This document shows positions 24,820 to 37,370 of a stretch of DNA of 64,000 nt, piece after piece. The stretch lies in contig CM059450.1 in NCBI GenBank assembly GCA_030390025.1, positions 26,226,001-26,290,000 on the forward strand, in the 5' to 3' direction. Every line of letters begins with the position of its first letter. Position 1 is the first letter of the stretch. The stretch is from Squalus acanthias (lineage: Eukaryota). A model generated the notes under the pieces. It saw only the letters and a program-made list of their open reading frames with translations. It made no database searches and was not told the origin of the DNA. The translations under genes and the position numbers were made by a program.

Positions 24820-25180
24820 TCGCATTTCTATAAGTGTCTTTAATGTAGAAAGAGGTCCCAAGCCACTTCACAGAGGCGTTAAGAAATAAATGGAGGTCGA
24901 TCCAACGAAAGGAGGCATTAGGAGGGGTGATCAAAAGCTTGGTAAAAGAGCTGGACTTTAAGAAGGATCTAAAACGAAGAGAGGAAGATGGGAGGGAATT
25001 CCAGAGTGTGGAGTCTAGATGATGGGGCAAAGAGAAGTTCTGGGAGGGGGGGGGGGGGGTTTGTCGGGCTGGAGTAGGTTCCAGAGCTAGGGAGGGGTGA
25101 GGTCATGGAAGGATTTAGACACGAGAATGAACATTTTAAATTTGTGGCGTTAGGGGAGCGAGAGCCAATGAAGATCAGTG
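24820..25180 (-). mobile_element. L2-type LINE 3' fragment
   Basis: Diverged relative of 6300-6770. Confidence 0.55.
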
Positions 25181-25499
25181 GGACTATCCAATTCAGGGAC
25201 TGAGAAGACAAGAAAGTCTTTGAGTTGATGGGATTATGTTTATCTGTGCAGCTGCACAGTGTGCAAGGCAGAGACCCCCATCTGCCTGAGGCATCCTTCA
25301 GACAGACCCAAGAATCTGTGGAATGCAGCAGAGAATGTTATGAGTGCAGGGTCCAGATCTGCTGATTTCCTTTGAAGCCACTGATTGCCCTTGCTGCTTA
25401 CACAAGAGCAGAGAGTAGAGAGGAAAAGCACATCCTGAGTCTTAATCAAACCCTTGGCTACATTCAGCTCCCTGCTAAATTCTCAACTAGAAACTCACT

Positions 25500-25998
25500 G
25501 GGGGTGAAATTGGATGTCGTGGAAAACGGGTGCAAAGAGGTCCAATTAAAGGGGGCCAACCTCCTGCTCTGGAACAACGTCAGAAACAAGTCTGACGTCA
25601 TGTTGATTCGGGGGGGTAGAGGCGTTCCTGGCGGTCGACTAAAATATGCTAATCCGAGGACTAACGCCTATTTTAGGATCAAACCGGAAATTGGTTTACC
25701 CTGAACGCATTAGGTAACAGGCCAGCTGAGTTCAGGATTACCCTGGTCCACAAGCAACCTAACCAGCGGTCCTTAAAGGGACCTTACCAAGATGGTACAT
25801 TTAAAAAAAAATACTTACCTGAATGTGGAGCGGGGAGAATCAGGAGTTCTCCTCCCGGACTCACCTGAGACCCGCGGCTGGCTTCCTAGCAAGCCAAATT
25901 CACTCCCCTACCCCCCGGCAAGCTGCCTCTGGGGCCGCAACTGATGCCTGCAGCTCACCGGTACTACTCTAATGAGGCCGGCGGACCAATTTTCAGGG
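25500..25998. mobile_element. Diverged Harbinger-like non-autonomous element
   Basis: Ends GGGGGTGAAATTGG / CCAATTTTCAGGGC, flanked by ACT and ATT. Confidence 0.4.
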
Positions 25999-26454
25999 CA
26001 TTGTCTAAACAGAGCTGTTTTCAGCCCCTCATTGCTGGGTCCTCTGCTGAAGATGCTAAATGGGGCTGGGGTACAGTTCTGTGGCATCAGCAGCTCTCCT
26101 GAGACCTGTCCCTCATCTGCTGGCCATTCTTCAAGTGCGAGCCTAGACTGTGAGTAGGCTATTTGACTGGAAGGGGCATCACAACTGAGTCCTTGAATCA
26201 AACCGATCGCGTTCTCAGTTGACACTCACGTGTGCGTACTTTGCAACGGAGGTCACTGGATAGTGATCAGGAGCAGCAACCCTGGCAGCAGTAAGGGGTG
26301 TTGTAATAGCACTCAGTGTGCCCGGGCTAGATAGGGGGGAATAATTGGCCAAGATTCTTGCTCCTAATCACCATTCACTGGCCCCTGGTTGGAAAGTGTA
26401 TGCGCAGAGGGAGCAGAAGCCAATCATTAAGATTATACCAGCGACGAGAGGCTT

Positions 26455-26870
26455 TAGTTAAGAGGGGAGAAGAGAGAAACTGGGGTTCTTGTCATTGGAA
26501 CAACGAAGGTTAAGAGGAGATCTGGTAGAGGTATTCAGAATTATGGAGGTTTTGATGAAGTAATGAGGGAAAATCTATTTACACTGGTTGTAAGTCAGTA
26601 ACTAGAGGGCATAAATTTAACATCATCACCTAAAGATTGGGAGAAATTATTTTTAGGCAGAGGGTTGTAAGGACGTGGAATGCCTGGTCAGAAACAGTGG
26701 CGGATGCAGAATCGATAGTAGATTTTAAAAGGGAAGTGGATAAATATTTGAAGGGTATGGGGAAAGGGCAAGGCAAATGGACTAAGGGGATAGCTCTTCA
26801 AACAGCTGGCACATGCCCGATGGACCAAATGGCCTATTTCTATAGTGTAAAATTCCATGGTTCTCTGTGT
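26455..26870 (+). mobile_element. CR1 LINE 3' fragment (degenerate)
   Basis: AGGTTAAGAGGAGATCTGGTAGAGGTATTC and QRVVRTWNA motifs, then a CR1 tail. Confidence 0.7.
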
Positions 26871-27542
26871 GAGTCTCAAGCGAGGATAGGATTGGCTTAG
26901 CAGCGATGCCCTCTACAGTCAAATAGTCGGCTAACACTCATCGTCTAGGAGTGCAGGAGAAGAATGACCACTCTGGGCGAGGTACTGGAGGGCGACTGCC
27001 AGGTGTGGTGGGGGGGCGGCAGAAGGGGAGAAAAACCTGAAAAATAAAGAAAAGTGACAGAATGCTGTGTGCCAAATGTTATTGAATTCAGGGCTGCGGG
27101 TGATACATATCCTGTTGAAAAAAAAGTACAGAACAGAATAAAACAAATTAAATTCATCGAATTAACTAATAACAAAAGGGGATACTATCTGGTTAAGCCT
27201 GCTGTTGTCCTACTGACTTTTCCAGAGCAAACGCCTGGAACTGTTTTGACAGATTGGCCTCTGTGTTACCCCAAGAGAAGCTAATGTGGGCATTTTTCTG
27301 GGACATGTGAAACGGAATGAGATTAATTGGAATAATGAGACCCTGAAACCAATTCCGATGATTCATCAGAGAAGCACGTGGGGTCCATCAGACCTGTTCT
27401 TCTTCAAAGGACAGCTTGTTTTTTGGCTTCTTGTGGATGTAGTGCTTTTGAGGTCAGCAAACTGCCCCCTCTCAACCACCATGCCTATCTCCTCTCTCCC
27501 TCGCCTGCCCTCTCTCCCCCCCCCCTTACTCTCTCCCCCACT

Positions 27543-28016
27543 CTTGTCAGCCGTGGCTTAGTTGGTAGCACCCCCGCCTCTGAGCGAGAAGGTTGTGGGT
27601 TCAAGTCCCACTCCAGAGACTTGAGCACAAAAATCTAGGTTGACACTCCAGTGCAGTACTGAGGGAGTGCTGCACTGTCGGAGGTGCTGTCTTTCGGATG
27701 AGACGTGAAACCGAGGCTCCGTCTGCCCCTCTCAGGTGGACGTAAAAGATCCCATGGCACTATTTCGAAGAAGAGCAGGGGAGCTCTCCCCGGTGTCCTG
27801 GACCAATATTTATCCCTCAATCAACATCACTAAAACAGATAATCTAGTCATTATCACATTGCTGTTTGTGGGAGCTTGCTGTGCGCAAATTGGCTGCCGC
27901 GTTTCCTACATTACAACAGTGACTACACTTCAAATAGTACGTCATTGGCTGTAAAGCGCTTTGGGACGTCTGGTGGTCGTGAAAGACGCTATATAAATGC
28001 AAGTCTTTCTTTCTTT
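27543..28016 (+). mobile_element. Full-length SacSINE1-like Deu-domain SINE
   Basis: tRNA-derived head (GTGGCTTAGTTGG A box, GGTTCAAGTCC B box), Deu core (AAAGATCCCATGGCACTATTTCGAAGAAGAGCAGGG) and L2-like tail ending TATATAAATGCAAGTCTTTCTT. Confidence 0.85.
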
Positions 28017-28019
28017 AAC

Positions 28020-28420
28020 ATTCCTAGTCTCATTCACCAAGTCACTCTCCTACAGCATTCTTTCTTTCCTACCCTCTTCTTCCGTTCCACCCTTGTTTTT
28101 TTCTGCCTCAGTTTTATTCCTGCCTTTGCCCCTCTGATGATCTTACTCCTTCCTGCTGTCAGACTCTTTCACTCGTTTTCCCTGCCTGTTTATCTTGCTC
28201 TCTCTATTTTCCTGTTACTCTATTTCTCTCGCTGTTTCTCAAACTATTGCATTTTTACTTGTTTTCTCTCTCACTCTATCCACGTACCTCAGTTTCTCTA
28301 TGATCTGTTTGTATCTCTCTCTCGGTCTGTGCTTATGTTTCTTTATTTCTCTCTCTCTCTCTCACTCTATGTCTGCTTATCTCTCTCTTGCTGTGACTTT
28401 TTCTTTTCCTGTCTCTCTAT
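28020..28420. repeat. CT-rich low-complexity tract
   Basis: Pyrimidine-rich with (CT)n runs. Confidence 0.7.
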
Positions 28421-28714
28421 GTGGAGGTTTTGTTCCCAATCCCTACTTTTAAACACTCAGACAGTGCCTTGAGTCATGTGGTTAATAAGCCTCTCAAACA
28501 TACACAATGCTCTTGTGTTACACAGCACAGACCATCTGCTTTGCGATTACACCCAACAGACTCTGTCACGAGGGTCCAAAAACTGGTTTGAAAGTTACTT
28601 TGAACCCAAAAATGAAGGAACTTGTTTTGATATTTAAAAACAGTTCATTATTTGGGACATATAGCGGTGTGACTTAGAGAATGTTACAGAGAGGGGCGTA
28701 TAATATATGGGGTA

Positions 28715-29460
28715 AATCAGAGTGTTACAGTGAGGGGCGTGAGGCATATCAGAGTGTTACAGTGAGGGGAGTGGGGTATATCAGTGTTACAGTGAAGGGT
28801 GTGGGGTATATCAAAGTGTTACAGTGAGGGGCGTGGCTTATATCAGAGTGTTACAGTGAGGGGTGTGGGGTATATCAGTGTTCCAGTGAAGGGTGTGGGG
28901 TATATCAGAGTGTTACAGTGAGGGGTGTGGGGTCTATCAGTGTTACAGTGAAGGGTGTGGGGTATATCAGAGTGTTACAGTGAGGGGTGTGGGGTATATC
29001 AGTGTTACAGTGAGGGGTGTGGGGTACATCAGTGTTACAGTAAGGGGTGTGGGGTATATCAGAACGTGTTACAGTGAGGGGTGTGGGGTATATCAGAGTG
29101 TTACAGTGAGGGGTGTGGGGTATATCAGAGTGTTACAGTGAGGGGTGTGGGGTATATCAGAGAGTGTTACAGTGAAGGGTGTGGGGTATATCAGAGTGTT
29201 ACAGTGAGGGGTGTGGGGTATATCAGAGAGTGTTACAGTGACGGGTGTGGGGTATATCAGAGAGTGTTACAGTGAGGGGTGTGGGGTATATCAGAGTGTT
29301 ACAGTGAGGGGTGTGGGGTATATCAGAGAGTGTTACAGTGAAGGGTGTGGGGTATATCAGAGTGTTACAGTGAGGGGTGTGGCGTATATCAGAGAGTGTT
29401 ACAGTGACGGGTGTGGGGTATATCAGAGAGTGTTACAGTGAGGGGTGTGGGGTATATCAG
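28715..29460. repeat. 30-34-bp minisatellite (CAGAGTGTTACAGTGAGGGGTGTGGGGTATAT)n
   Basis: More than 20 tandem copies that vary by AG dinucleotides. Confidence 0.95.
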
Positions 29461-30924
29461 TATAGCATTGAGCTATACTGACCAGAGCACCCAAATCTAT
29501 CCTTGGAAAGTGCATGTGGGCATCAGGTGAGAACAGGATCGTGCTCATGTGTGATGCTCTCAATGCAATGGTCAAATAGCCAGCTAACATTCACTTGCCT
29601 AGGGGTTACCTACGATGGATGTACCTTGGTGTACCTGAGGCTGGTGGGACTGTTGGCAGCAAGGATCAGTGTCTGCAGGAGAGGAAAAGGGAAGAAGAGT
29701 GGGAAAGGAAAGGAAAAACCCAGGTGAAAGGCCAAGGGCCACGGCGAGGGGGTGGGGGGTGGAAGTCAGCACCATGGTTCAAAAGAGAAGGCAACATAAA
29801 TCAAGAAGCAGTGATTAGGTGATGCTAGGCTTTGGTTTAAGGGCCTGTATATTATGGGAGGAAGGGAAGACATTTTGCTCAACAACTTTCTCACCCTTGC
29901 TCCAAAGGCGTTGACTCCTTGCTGGGTTAGTTTAGTGGCCTTGCTTGCCCCTTATCACCATGCCCAAGTGGCCATTATTCATGTGTGAGTCTGGAAAGGG
30001 AGTGCCGGCAAGTTATTGGACCATTGGGACATTATAATTGAGCCCAATCTTCACACATGGACACACCCAATTGTGTGTGTGGTGTGGGGGAGAGTTTAGT
30101 TGAATAATATTCAGGAGTTGGAACTCTGGACAAATTTCCTCCCCAACAATAGTGGCACTGAAACCAATTATAGCACACCTACCACCCCACTCGCTGAGAT
30201 CAGCAACGTCCGCCAGCACTGATGGGGGATGGACCCTGGGACCTTCTTGTCTGTGGCTCAGCTGCTCGCCGGATGGAATTGGGAGTTCCTAGTTTTGAGG
30301 TTCGCGGAAATGAGGTGTTAGAGTTGCAAGCAGTACAATGAGTCTTAATTTTAACACAGCGTGAGTGCAAGACGGAGGAAGGGTGTGGCGATAGTGTGTT
30401 TGGAGTTCAGGAGGAGGGAGAGAGGAAAGTGTAGAAGAGCACCATCAGTAGACAGACAAGAAAGGTGCATTGGGGGATGCAAGGTGAGGGGAGGATGGAT
30501 GACCTGACAGATGATAAATGCGAGAGGGGTATTGAAGAGCCTCTCAAATGTGGCCTCAGTGTTCAAGTCTTAAGGTAGATGTGATTTGTTGGAAAGTGCG
30601 CGTTGGAGCATGTTGAGACAGCTGGTGCAGTGGATAATAACTTAGGCAATAAGTGGCTCTGTGTTTGACAGTTATAGCTGTGATGGTCTTCCACGAGTAC
30701 TCAGTGTAATATGCTTTAATGCCGTGAAGGTTAGTGTGTCTAAATCACTGCTAACTTTCATCTGCACCAACACGATTGTGCAATAAAGCAGTCACTGAGT
30801 TGTTTGCAGTAACTTCTTTAAAGGTCTATACTGCCAGTTATCAAACAATTAAGATAACCTCTCAGAGCAATACAATGAGAGCTTGATGCAATCGACCCAG
30901 TTTTATAGTTGGAATCTCCTGATA

Positions 30925-31282
30925 ATCTGAGTGGGTAAAGCCATCCCCAGTGTGGTACTGAGCCATACAGACTAGGTGAGACCTCCAGTCGGTGCTGAGT
31001 TAGCTGATCCCAGTCAGGGTGGGCACTGCCCGTTGGTCTTAGAATTTTTGGTCTAGGGAGGAGACAATTCAACCAGAGTTCCTGATTGCTATTCAGTGAC
31101 TCCTGCTGGAAAGCAAGTGTATGTATAGCTGAGGGCTCGATTGGGCATGGCCCTGATACCGCAACCACCCCCACCCCCCCCCCCAGCCCCCATGGTTTAA
31201 TAGTCTGCACACATATAAGGAATGGCCATTTGGCTGAAGTCTGAGGGAGTGGTAGGCATCATAAGACTGTGCCCTAGCCAGA
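30925..31282 (+). mobile_element. Representative copy of an old, abundant SINE-like family (unnamed here)
   Basis: Motifs CTGAGCCATACAGAC...GCTGAGTTAGCTGATC...CAGTGACTCCTGCTGGAAAG...GAATGGCCA recur in about 25 decayed copies on both strands, e.g. 3140, 19400, 20900, 26050, 29480, 41700, 42720 and 44550. Confidence 0.55.
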
Positions 31283-32099
31283 TTAAACACCATTTTGTAT
31301 CACCAGATCATTATGCAAGCAACTTGTCTGCTGCAGTCTCAGTAAGAAATCTTGCTTTGAAGTCTATTTGAAAGGGGAAGCTCAGAAGTTCCAGCAGGTG
31401 TGAGTAAGGCGTTGGGTATGCTTGAATATAGGTGACAGCGCCAAAAGATAAGACCTGCATACCGATCCATGTCTCAGACTGGCTACGCAGGCTAGGGCAG
31501 GCCTGCACTTTGCCAGTTGAGGATTTGGGATCCATTCCTTTCAAACAAATAAGAACATTCGAACTTTTGTTGGGAACCCAGGTTTGAATCCCGCTCTGTA
31601 CCGAGCTGGGTGATTTCAGCCAGGGTACAGTCTTATGGATGCCTACCACTCCCTCAGACTTCAGCCAAATGGCCATTCCTTGTAGCTGTGCTTGCTATTA
31701 AACCATGGAGTTGCGGGTGGGCAGGGGGTGAGGTATCAGGGCCTGTTGTAGCTGACCTCAGTAAGTTAGGAAGGGGGAAAATCACCCACCCTTCCCACTT
31801 CGTATTGCTATTCAGTGTCTCAGTGGATGTCGGGAGATTGGGCTCCCCCCCCCACCCCGTGTTCGAATAGCCTGCCTAGACTCACCCGTGAAGGATGACA
31901 TTGGATGAGGTGGCAGAAGAATGCAGGCGTCCATAAAACCACGCCCCAACAAGAGCTGGCACTTTCAGGATTGGAAGGGAGTGTTAGTAAAAAATAAATT
32001 TTTAAGCGAAAAATCATTAAAAAAAACATTAATTCTGCCCACTTCAGTGAAAGTGTATTTAAAATTACCAGTCAATCCTCTGTGACATTGCACAAGGAA

Positions 32100-32212
32100 G
32101 GGCTGATTTTAACTTTCAGCGGTGGCGGAAAACTGGCGATAGCGGATCGGCCGCCCGTTATGCACCCCGCCTGATTTTTCTTTTCATTGCAGTCGAAAGT
32201 TAGAATCAGTCC
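32100..32212. mobile_element. Short MITE (~113 bp)
   Basis: 18-bp TIRs GGGCTGATTTTAACTTTC / GAAAGTTAGAATCAGTCC with two mismatches. Confidence 0.6.
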
Positions 32213-33303
32213 TGGGGAGTCAAAACCAAATGTAATCTTCAGGTGAAGCAGGGGTAGAGGCGGAGGATAATTGGATCAGTGTGCGCAGATGTAATTCAGT
32301 CCCCATTTTAAAGTCACAAATTCTGTCCTTATTTTTACAATGCCATTATAAATTCCTATGTATGCATTTATAGTGGAAACTGCCTATGTGTGCGTGTCGT
32401 GCTGCAATTGTGCCCTCCTGGCAGTAGTGGTACATTAGTGCCGCCACTGGGGGAGGGAGTAATTGCAGCCTGCTAAGATTTCCATCGCCAGTTTCCATTT
32501 TAAATGTGGACACAGACATTTATATAGGAAAAATTTACATGTAATATGTCATATATATTGTCCCTTGGCAACTTACTCCACAACTCTATCACCCTTTGGA
32601 TGAAAATGTTCGGCCTGACCTCTCTTCTTGCTCCTAACTTCCTCCTTTTCAAACTCAAGTACCCTGGGAATTGAACCCTTCACTAGTGTGAACCATTTTT
32701 CTGGATCAGCTTCGAAGCCACTGAATGTATTTCACACATTGTTTAATAGCGGAAATACCTCATCCCAGTATTAGCCTAGGCAGTTCAACCAAGGGGGTGG
32801 GGACCACAACAAGCCCCCTGACCCATGCATTTTCTAGGAATCACCAGATAATCATCGGGCGCAGTTGCAGCACCTCCAACGTAGCACATGACCAGGGAGG
32901 TGGAATTCGAACCTGGGGCCCCTCTTGTCTGTATGGCTCAGTATCCACACTGGGAAGTATAGCTACGCATGGGGAGGGGCGGTTCGATCTGCTCACTTTC
33001 CACCAGAGTATCCTGGAGACAACGCCATTGTTCGCCATTTCACTTGTTCTTGCTATTCCATTTATTTTTCTTTGTGCCTCCTGTTGACACAGGTCTATCT
33101 GCAAATTCTTGTTCTGTTTATATTTGATCAGTGAAAGATATTTTTACCTGAGTGAGCCGTCGCTCAGTAGCGGCCTGTGTTTGTTTTCAGGAGGTGGCAA
33201 GGCCCAGTGTGTACAGTGGTGCCTTTGTGAGCGCACACCCACCTTACAGGAACAATGCGTTTTTTTCTCAGTGAGTGGCAACAAATCTATGATAGGAGTT
33301 ATT

Positions 33304-33983
33304 GGACACGAAATTCGGTTACCGCCCTAACCGAGTTAAGGCCGGACATTTAGTGCCCGGCACGGAAGTACCACCCCGGCCGCTAAATTCGGCTTACCGC
33401 CCCGCGCAATGTCGGGCGCTCCACTTCCTGGTGGGACGATAACCGAGGCGGTCGGGGTGTGGAGTGCTGCCGCGTTTCAATGCCCCGCCCCTTCAGTTAA
33501 AGGGGAGGGCCGCTGCGCACTCTGCTGCGCCTCTGATGGCCCACACTAGGCCACCAGGGCGGCGTGGTATCGCGGCTGCAGCCTGGCACCGAGACGCGGT
33601 GCCGGGCTGCGCGATGGTGGCCAGGACCACACCACGGTGGGCCGACCTGGAAGTCGGCCAAAAAAAGAAAATGGCAGCACGTGTCATGGCCACACTTCCC
33701 CTTTAAATACCGCCTCACAAGTGGAGGTTGGCCCAGTTCGCGACCCGCGAGGCTGGCACTGACATAGCCCGTGGTAGCTTCGCGAGGCGCAGCCAAATTT
33801 CTGCTGCAGGGCGGTTAGGGGCGCTAAGGAGTCATGGCGCACTGCAGCCTGGGGTGTTACCAGCGGGGGCGCGGCCCTATCGGGTAGCGCCTCAGCAACG
33901 CCCCGCCGAATTTCTCGGGAGGTACTTTTTTTGCCCCCCTGGAGGCGCTAACGGCAGGCGCAAAGGAGCTGAATCTTTAGCCC
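33304..33983. mobile_element. GC-rich Harbinger-like non-autonomous element
   Basis: CpG-dense. Degenerate TIRs (GAAATTCGG / CTGAATCTTTAGCCC), ATT on both flanks, and a subterminal GGCGCTAACGG..GGCGCAAA motif shared with 70-962 and 43946-44539. Confidence 0.6.
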
Positions 33984-34318
33984 ATTGTTTGCTGCATTTC
34001 CACTCTGTTTGTTTCCCCGCCCTCACCTATGTGGCCATTCTTGTTCTTCATGTCCGGATATTTGACTTCATAGGGCATAACAGGTTTGCTTGATCCTGTC
34101 ATCGCCCAACTTCCACACATAACCACTTTCTGCATGGGGTCACTGGACCAGTGATCAGTAGTGGGGCACTGGCTGATTTCCCCCATCTGTCCCTAGCCTC
34201 GAAGAAAACTGTAGCACCCCCCTGCTTCCCAACATTCACTTAACTCAGCACAGATGATGGCGGGGGTGGGGGTGGGGCTCAAACCCAGGGCCTTCCTGTT
34301 CTATGTGGTTCAGTAAGA

Positions 34319-34770
34319 TGGAAAGACTTGCATTTATATTGCGCCTTTCACGACCACCGAACATCCCAAAGCGCTTTACAACCAATTAAGTACTTTTTAA
34401 ATGTAGGAAACGCGGCAGCTAATTTGCGCACAGCAAGCTCCCACTTGCAACAGCAATGCGATAATGACCAGATAATCTGTTTTAGTGATGTTTATTGAGG
34501 GATAAATATTAGCCCAGGACACCGGGGAGAACTTCCCTGCTCTTCTTCGAAATAGTGCCATGGGATCTTTTACGTCCATCTGAGAGGGCAGACGGGGCCT
34601 CGGTTTAACGTCTCATCCGAAAGACGGCACCTCCGACAGTTCAGCACTCCCTCAGCACTGCACTGGGCATGTCGGCTTGGATTTTGTGCTCAATTCTCTG
34701 GAATGGGACTTGAACCCACAGCCTTCTGACTCAGAGGCGAGGGTGCTACCCACTGAGCCACGGCTGACAA
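34319..34770 (-). mobile_element. Full-length SacSINE1-like Deu-domain SINE
   Basis: Reverse-complement match to 27543-28016. Confidence 0.85.
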
Positions 34771-34786
34771 TCTAAAACATACATTA

Positions 34787-34859
34787 AAGCACCGCTGAGA
34801 TTCGAACTCAGGATCTCCTGTTTACTAGACAGGCGCTTTAACTAACTAAGCACTGTGCC
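34787..34859 (-). tRNA. tRNA-Thr(AGT), probably a pseudogene
   Basis: Minus strand GGCACAGTGCTTAGTTAGTTAAAGCGCCTGTCT-AGT-AAACAGGAGATCCTGAGTTCGAATCTCAGCGGTGCTT closely follows vertebrate tRNA-Thr-AGT. Anticodon arm and T arm are intact. It has one acceptor-stem mismatch, a missing G before the D stem and a D-loop GG changed to AG. Confidence 0.8.
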
Positions 34860-35179
34860 TGCGTACCCCTCAGTTATACTGTACACAGAGTATGATTGTG
34901 GGACATGCTGTGTCCTCTTGTACATGTCACAGTCAAGGGGGAGGGGCATTTGGTCATGCTTGTTGCAGAAGGAACCAGCCCCTTACAGCTGTGGCTGATG
35001 CTTTAATGCGCCATTGAGATAATTCATTGTTGCAGATGCATGACTAAAGCTCTTTAAGGCTTCCGTCACCCTGTAGGAATGTGGTTTGGGTGGGTTTGTA
35101 GTCCTAGGGCAGACAGACTGAAATCCTACAATAGCAGGTGGGACCCTGACAAGGCTGGACAAGCAAACATGGCATAATA

Positions 35180-35590
35180 AAGCATTTTATCACACTCTTG
35201 GGGCATCTCAAAGCACTTCACAACCAATGAATTACTTTAGAAGTGTTGTTTTGCAGGCAAACATGGCAGCCAAATATACACAGCCCGATTCCACAAACAG
35301 CAATTGAGATGAATGGCCAGTTAATCTGATTTTGGTGCTGTTCGTTGAGGGAGGAATGTTGGCCAAGACACCAGTGGAAATTCCGTGCTCTTCAAATAAT
35401 AGCATGGGATCTTTTGCTTTCACCTGAACAGGTGGTTTAATGTCTCATCTGAAAGACAGCACCTCCGACAATGCAACACTCCCTTCAGTAGGGTGCTGGA
35501 GTGTCAGCCTAGGTTGTGGGCTCAAGTCTCTGGAATGGGGTTTGAACCCATGATCCTGTGACTCAGCAGTGAGAGTGCTACCACTGACAA
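35180..35590 (-). mobile_element. Degenerate Deu-domain SINE
   Basis: Similar to 34319-34770. Confidence 0.7.
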
Positions 35591-37000
35591 GAAAAGCAAA
35601 TTGCCACCCAGTGGCAGGAAGGTACACTGACTCAGGTGACCCCTTCCATTTGGAACGGGTAAAAAACAATCTCGTACCATTCCCAAACTCATTGGGAACA
35701 AGATTATTGGTAGCTCAGCCACAACATTTTTTATTTTTTTATTTTGATGCATGCCAACATTTAGTTTTTAAAAAAAAACTTCTTAAACATTTCAAGGCAC
35801 TTTATGCAATGCCCTTTTCTCCCTCTCTCGTGCCGAGGTACAGATCCACAGGGAGCCCTTCGATATCTCAATCAGTTCCTCATATATGGGCCTAGATAGT
35901 GAGTGTTGGCAAGTTGTTTGACTGCAGGGAGGTATCTGATCCAAACCTGATCCTGTCCTCCCCTGATATCCACACAGCACCCCCCCCGCCCAACTGCTGT
36001 TCCGGTAGAAGTCAGCTAACTCAGCGAATCGATCCTAGGACCATCCTGGTCTATATGACCTAGGCAGTACATTGACACATTGAGGGAGCAAAGCCTTTTT
36101 AGATCGTTTACTGTCTCTGTTCGTTTGCTACGAGTTTCCTCACCCCTCACAGACTGCTTGCAAACAAATAAGTGCGACAATGGACGCACGCTTACTACTG
36201 CAGATCCTGGTGGAGTGAACTGAATGAGCAAGGCATGTTTTGCCACTGAGCATGTGGGTTCCTTCTCCAGGGAAGGTAGATCTCCCCTGCAGTGGAGGGT
36301 TTTTCAAACGGGTGACAAAACTCACTGGGTGAGGCTGGCAGATTGGAGTCAGAGGCAGGAATTGACAAAACTAAACGGAATGAGTGAGGCAGCCCTAGAT
36401 CTCAAACCACCGACTTTGGCTGGGAGGTTGCAAACTCACAAGTTGTTGAAAGATTGCTCTTTTTCTTTTTGTGATAGTCAGAAAATGGTTTTAATCAAAT
36501 TAAAGCAAAGTTTTGTCACATTAGAAGAGCAGTTGTTGACTTAATGGTGGCAGTAATATGAGACTGGCCCAGCATGCTGTTTATCAGGGAAGCTCGCTGG
36601 ATAATCACTGGATAGAAGTGGATTTCACCCTTTGAAAACTGCACTTCCTTCACAGCTGTCAAAACACAAGCCTTTTATGTCTTAGAATATAACTGGTGCA
36701 AAAAATAATTCTGTTTCCAAAGCAGATTGTTCTGGTCTAGAGTCTTTTTGAAGCTTCAGTGCTCATCAAAGTGTTCGAACTAGGAAAAACAACACTTGCC
36801 ATTTCAGGCACCCAGATGTTGAAATTCTGCAAGGGTTTCGCAAATCTCCCACCAGAGTTACTGCGGGAGTCCAGTGAAACTCGCATGGAATTTTAGCCCC
36901 CAACTCCCAATGTCAACATCAAGCATTTCCGTCTCTTGAAGGTACTGATTCCTGCTGGTGAACAATTCCTTGGATGTTGTTCTGTCTATCATGTCTCACT

Positions 37001-37370
37001 TTGTCAGCTGTGGCTCAGTTGGTAGCACCCTCGCCTCTGAGTCACTCCAGAGACTTGAACACAAAATCTAGGCTGACACTCCAGTGCAGTACTGAGGAAG
37101 TGCCGTCTTTCAGATAAGACGTTAAACCGAGCAGGTGAGTTCTCTCCGGTGTCCTGGGGCCAATATTTATCCCTCAATCAACATCACTAAAACAGATGAT
37201 CTGGTCATTATCATATTGCTGTTTGTGGGAGCTTGCTGTGCGCAAATTGGCTGCCGCGTTTCCTACATTACAACAGTGACTACACTTCAAAAAAGTACTT
37301 CATTGGCTGTAAAGTGCTTTGGGGCGTCCGGTGGTCGTGAAAGGCGCTATATAAATGCAAGTCTTTCTTT
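37001..37370 (+). mobile_element. SacSINE1-like Deu SINE with internal deletions
   Basis: Head, partial Deu core and intact tail. Confidence 0.8.

Noticed and set aside
25811-25821. ATACTTACCTG, identical to the U1 snRNA 5' end
   Set aside because: The similarity stops after 11 nt. It is simply a consensus donor on the minus strand inside a transposon remnant.
27543-27615. tRNA genes at SINE heads
   Set aside because: A and B boxes run straight into SINE bodies with no complete cloverleaf.
28715-29460. CRISPR-like array
   Set aside because: Head-to-tail repeats with no unique spacers, in a vertebrate context. The same applies to 12445-12830.
33304-33983. CpG-island promoter or GC-rich coding ORFs
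   Set aside because: Bounded by TIR/TSD-like ends and related to other transposon copies. The ORFs here, at 296-890 and at 44156-44432 show no recognisable protein.
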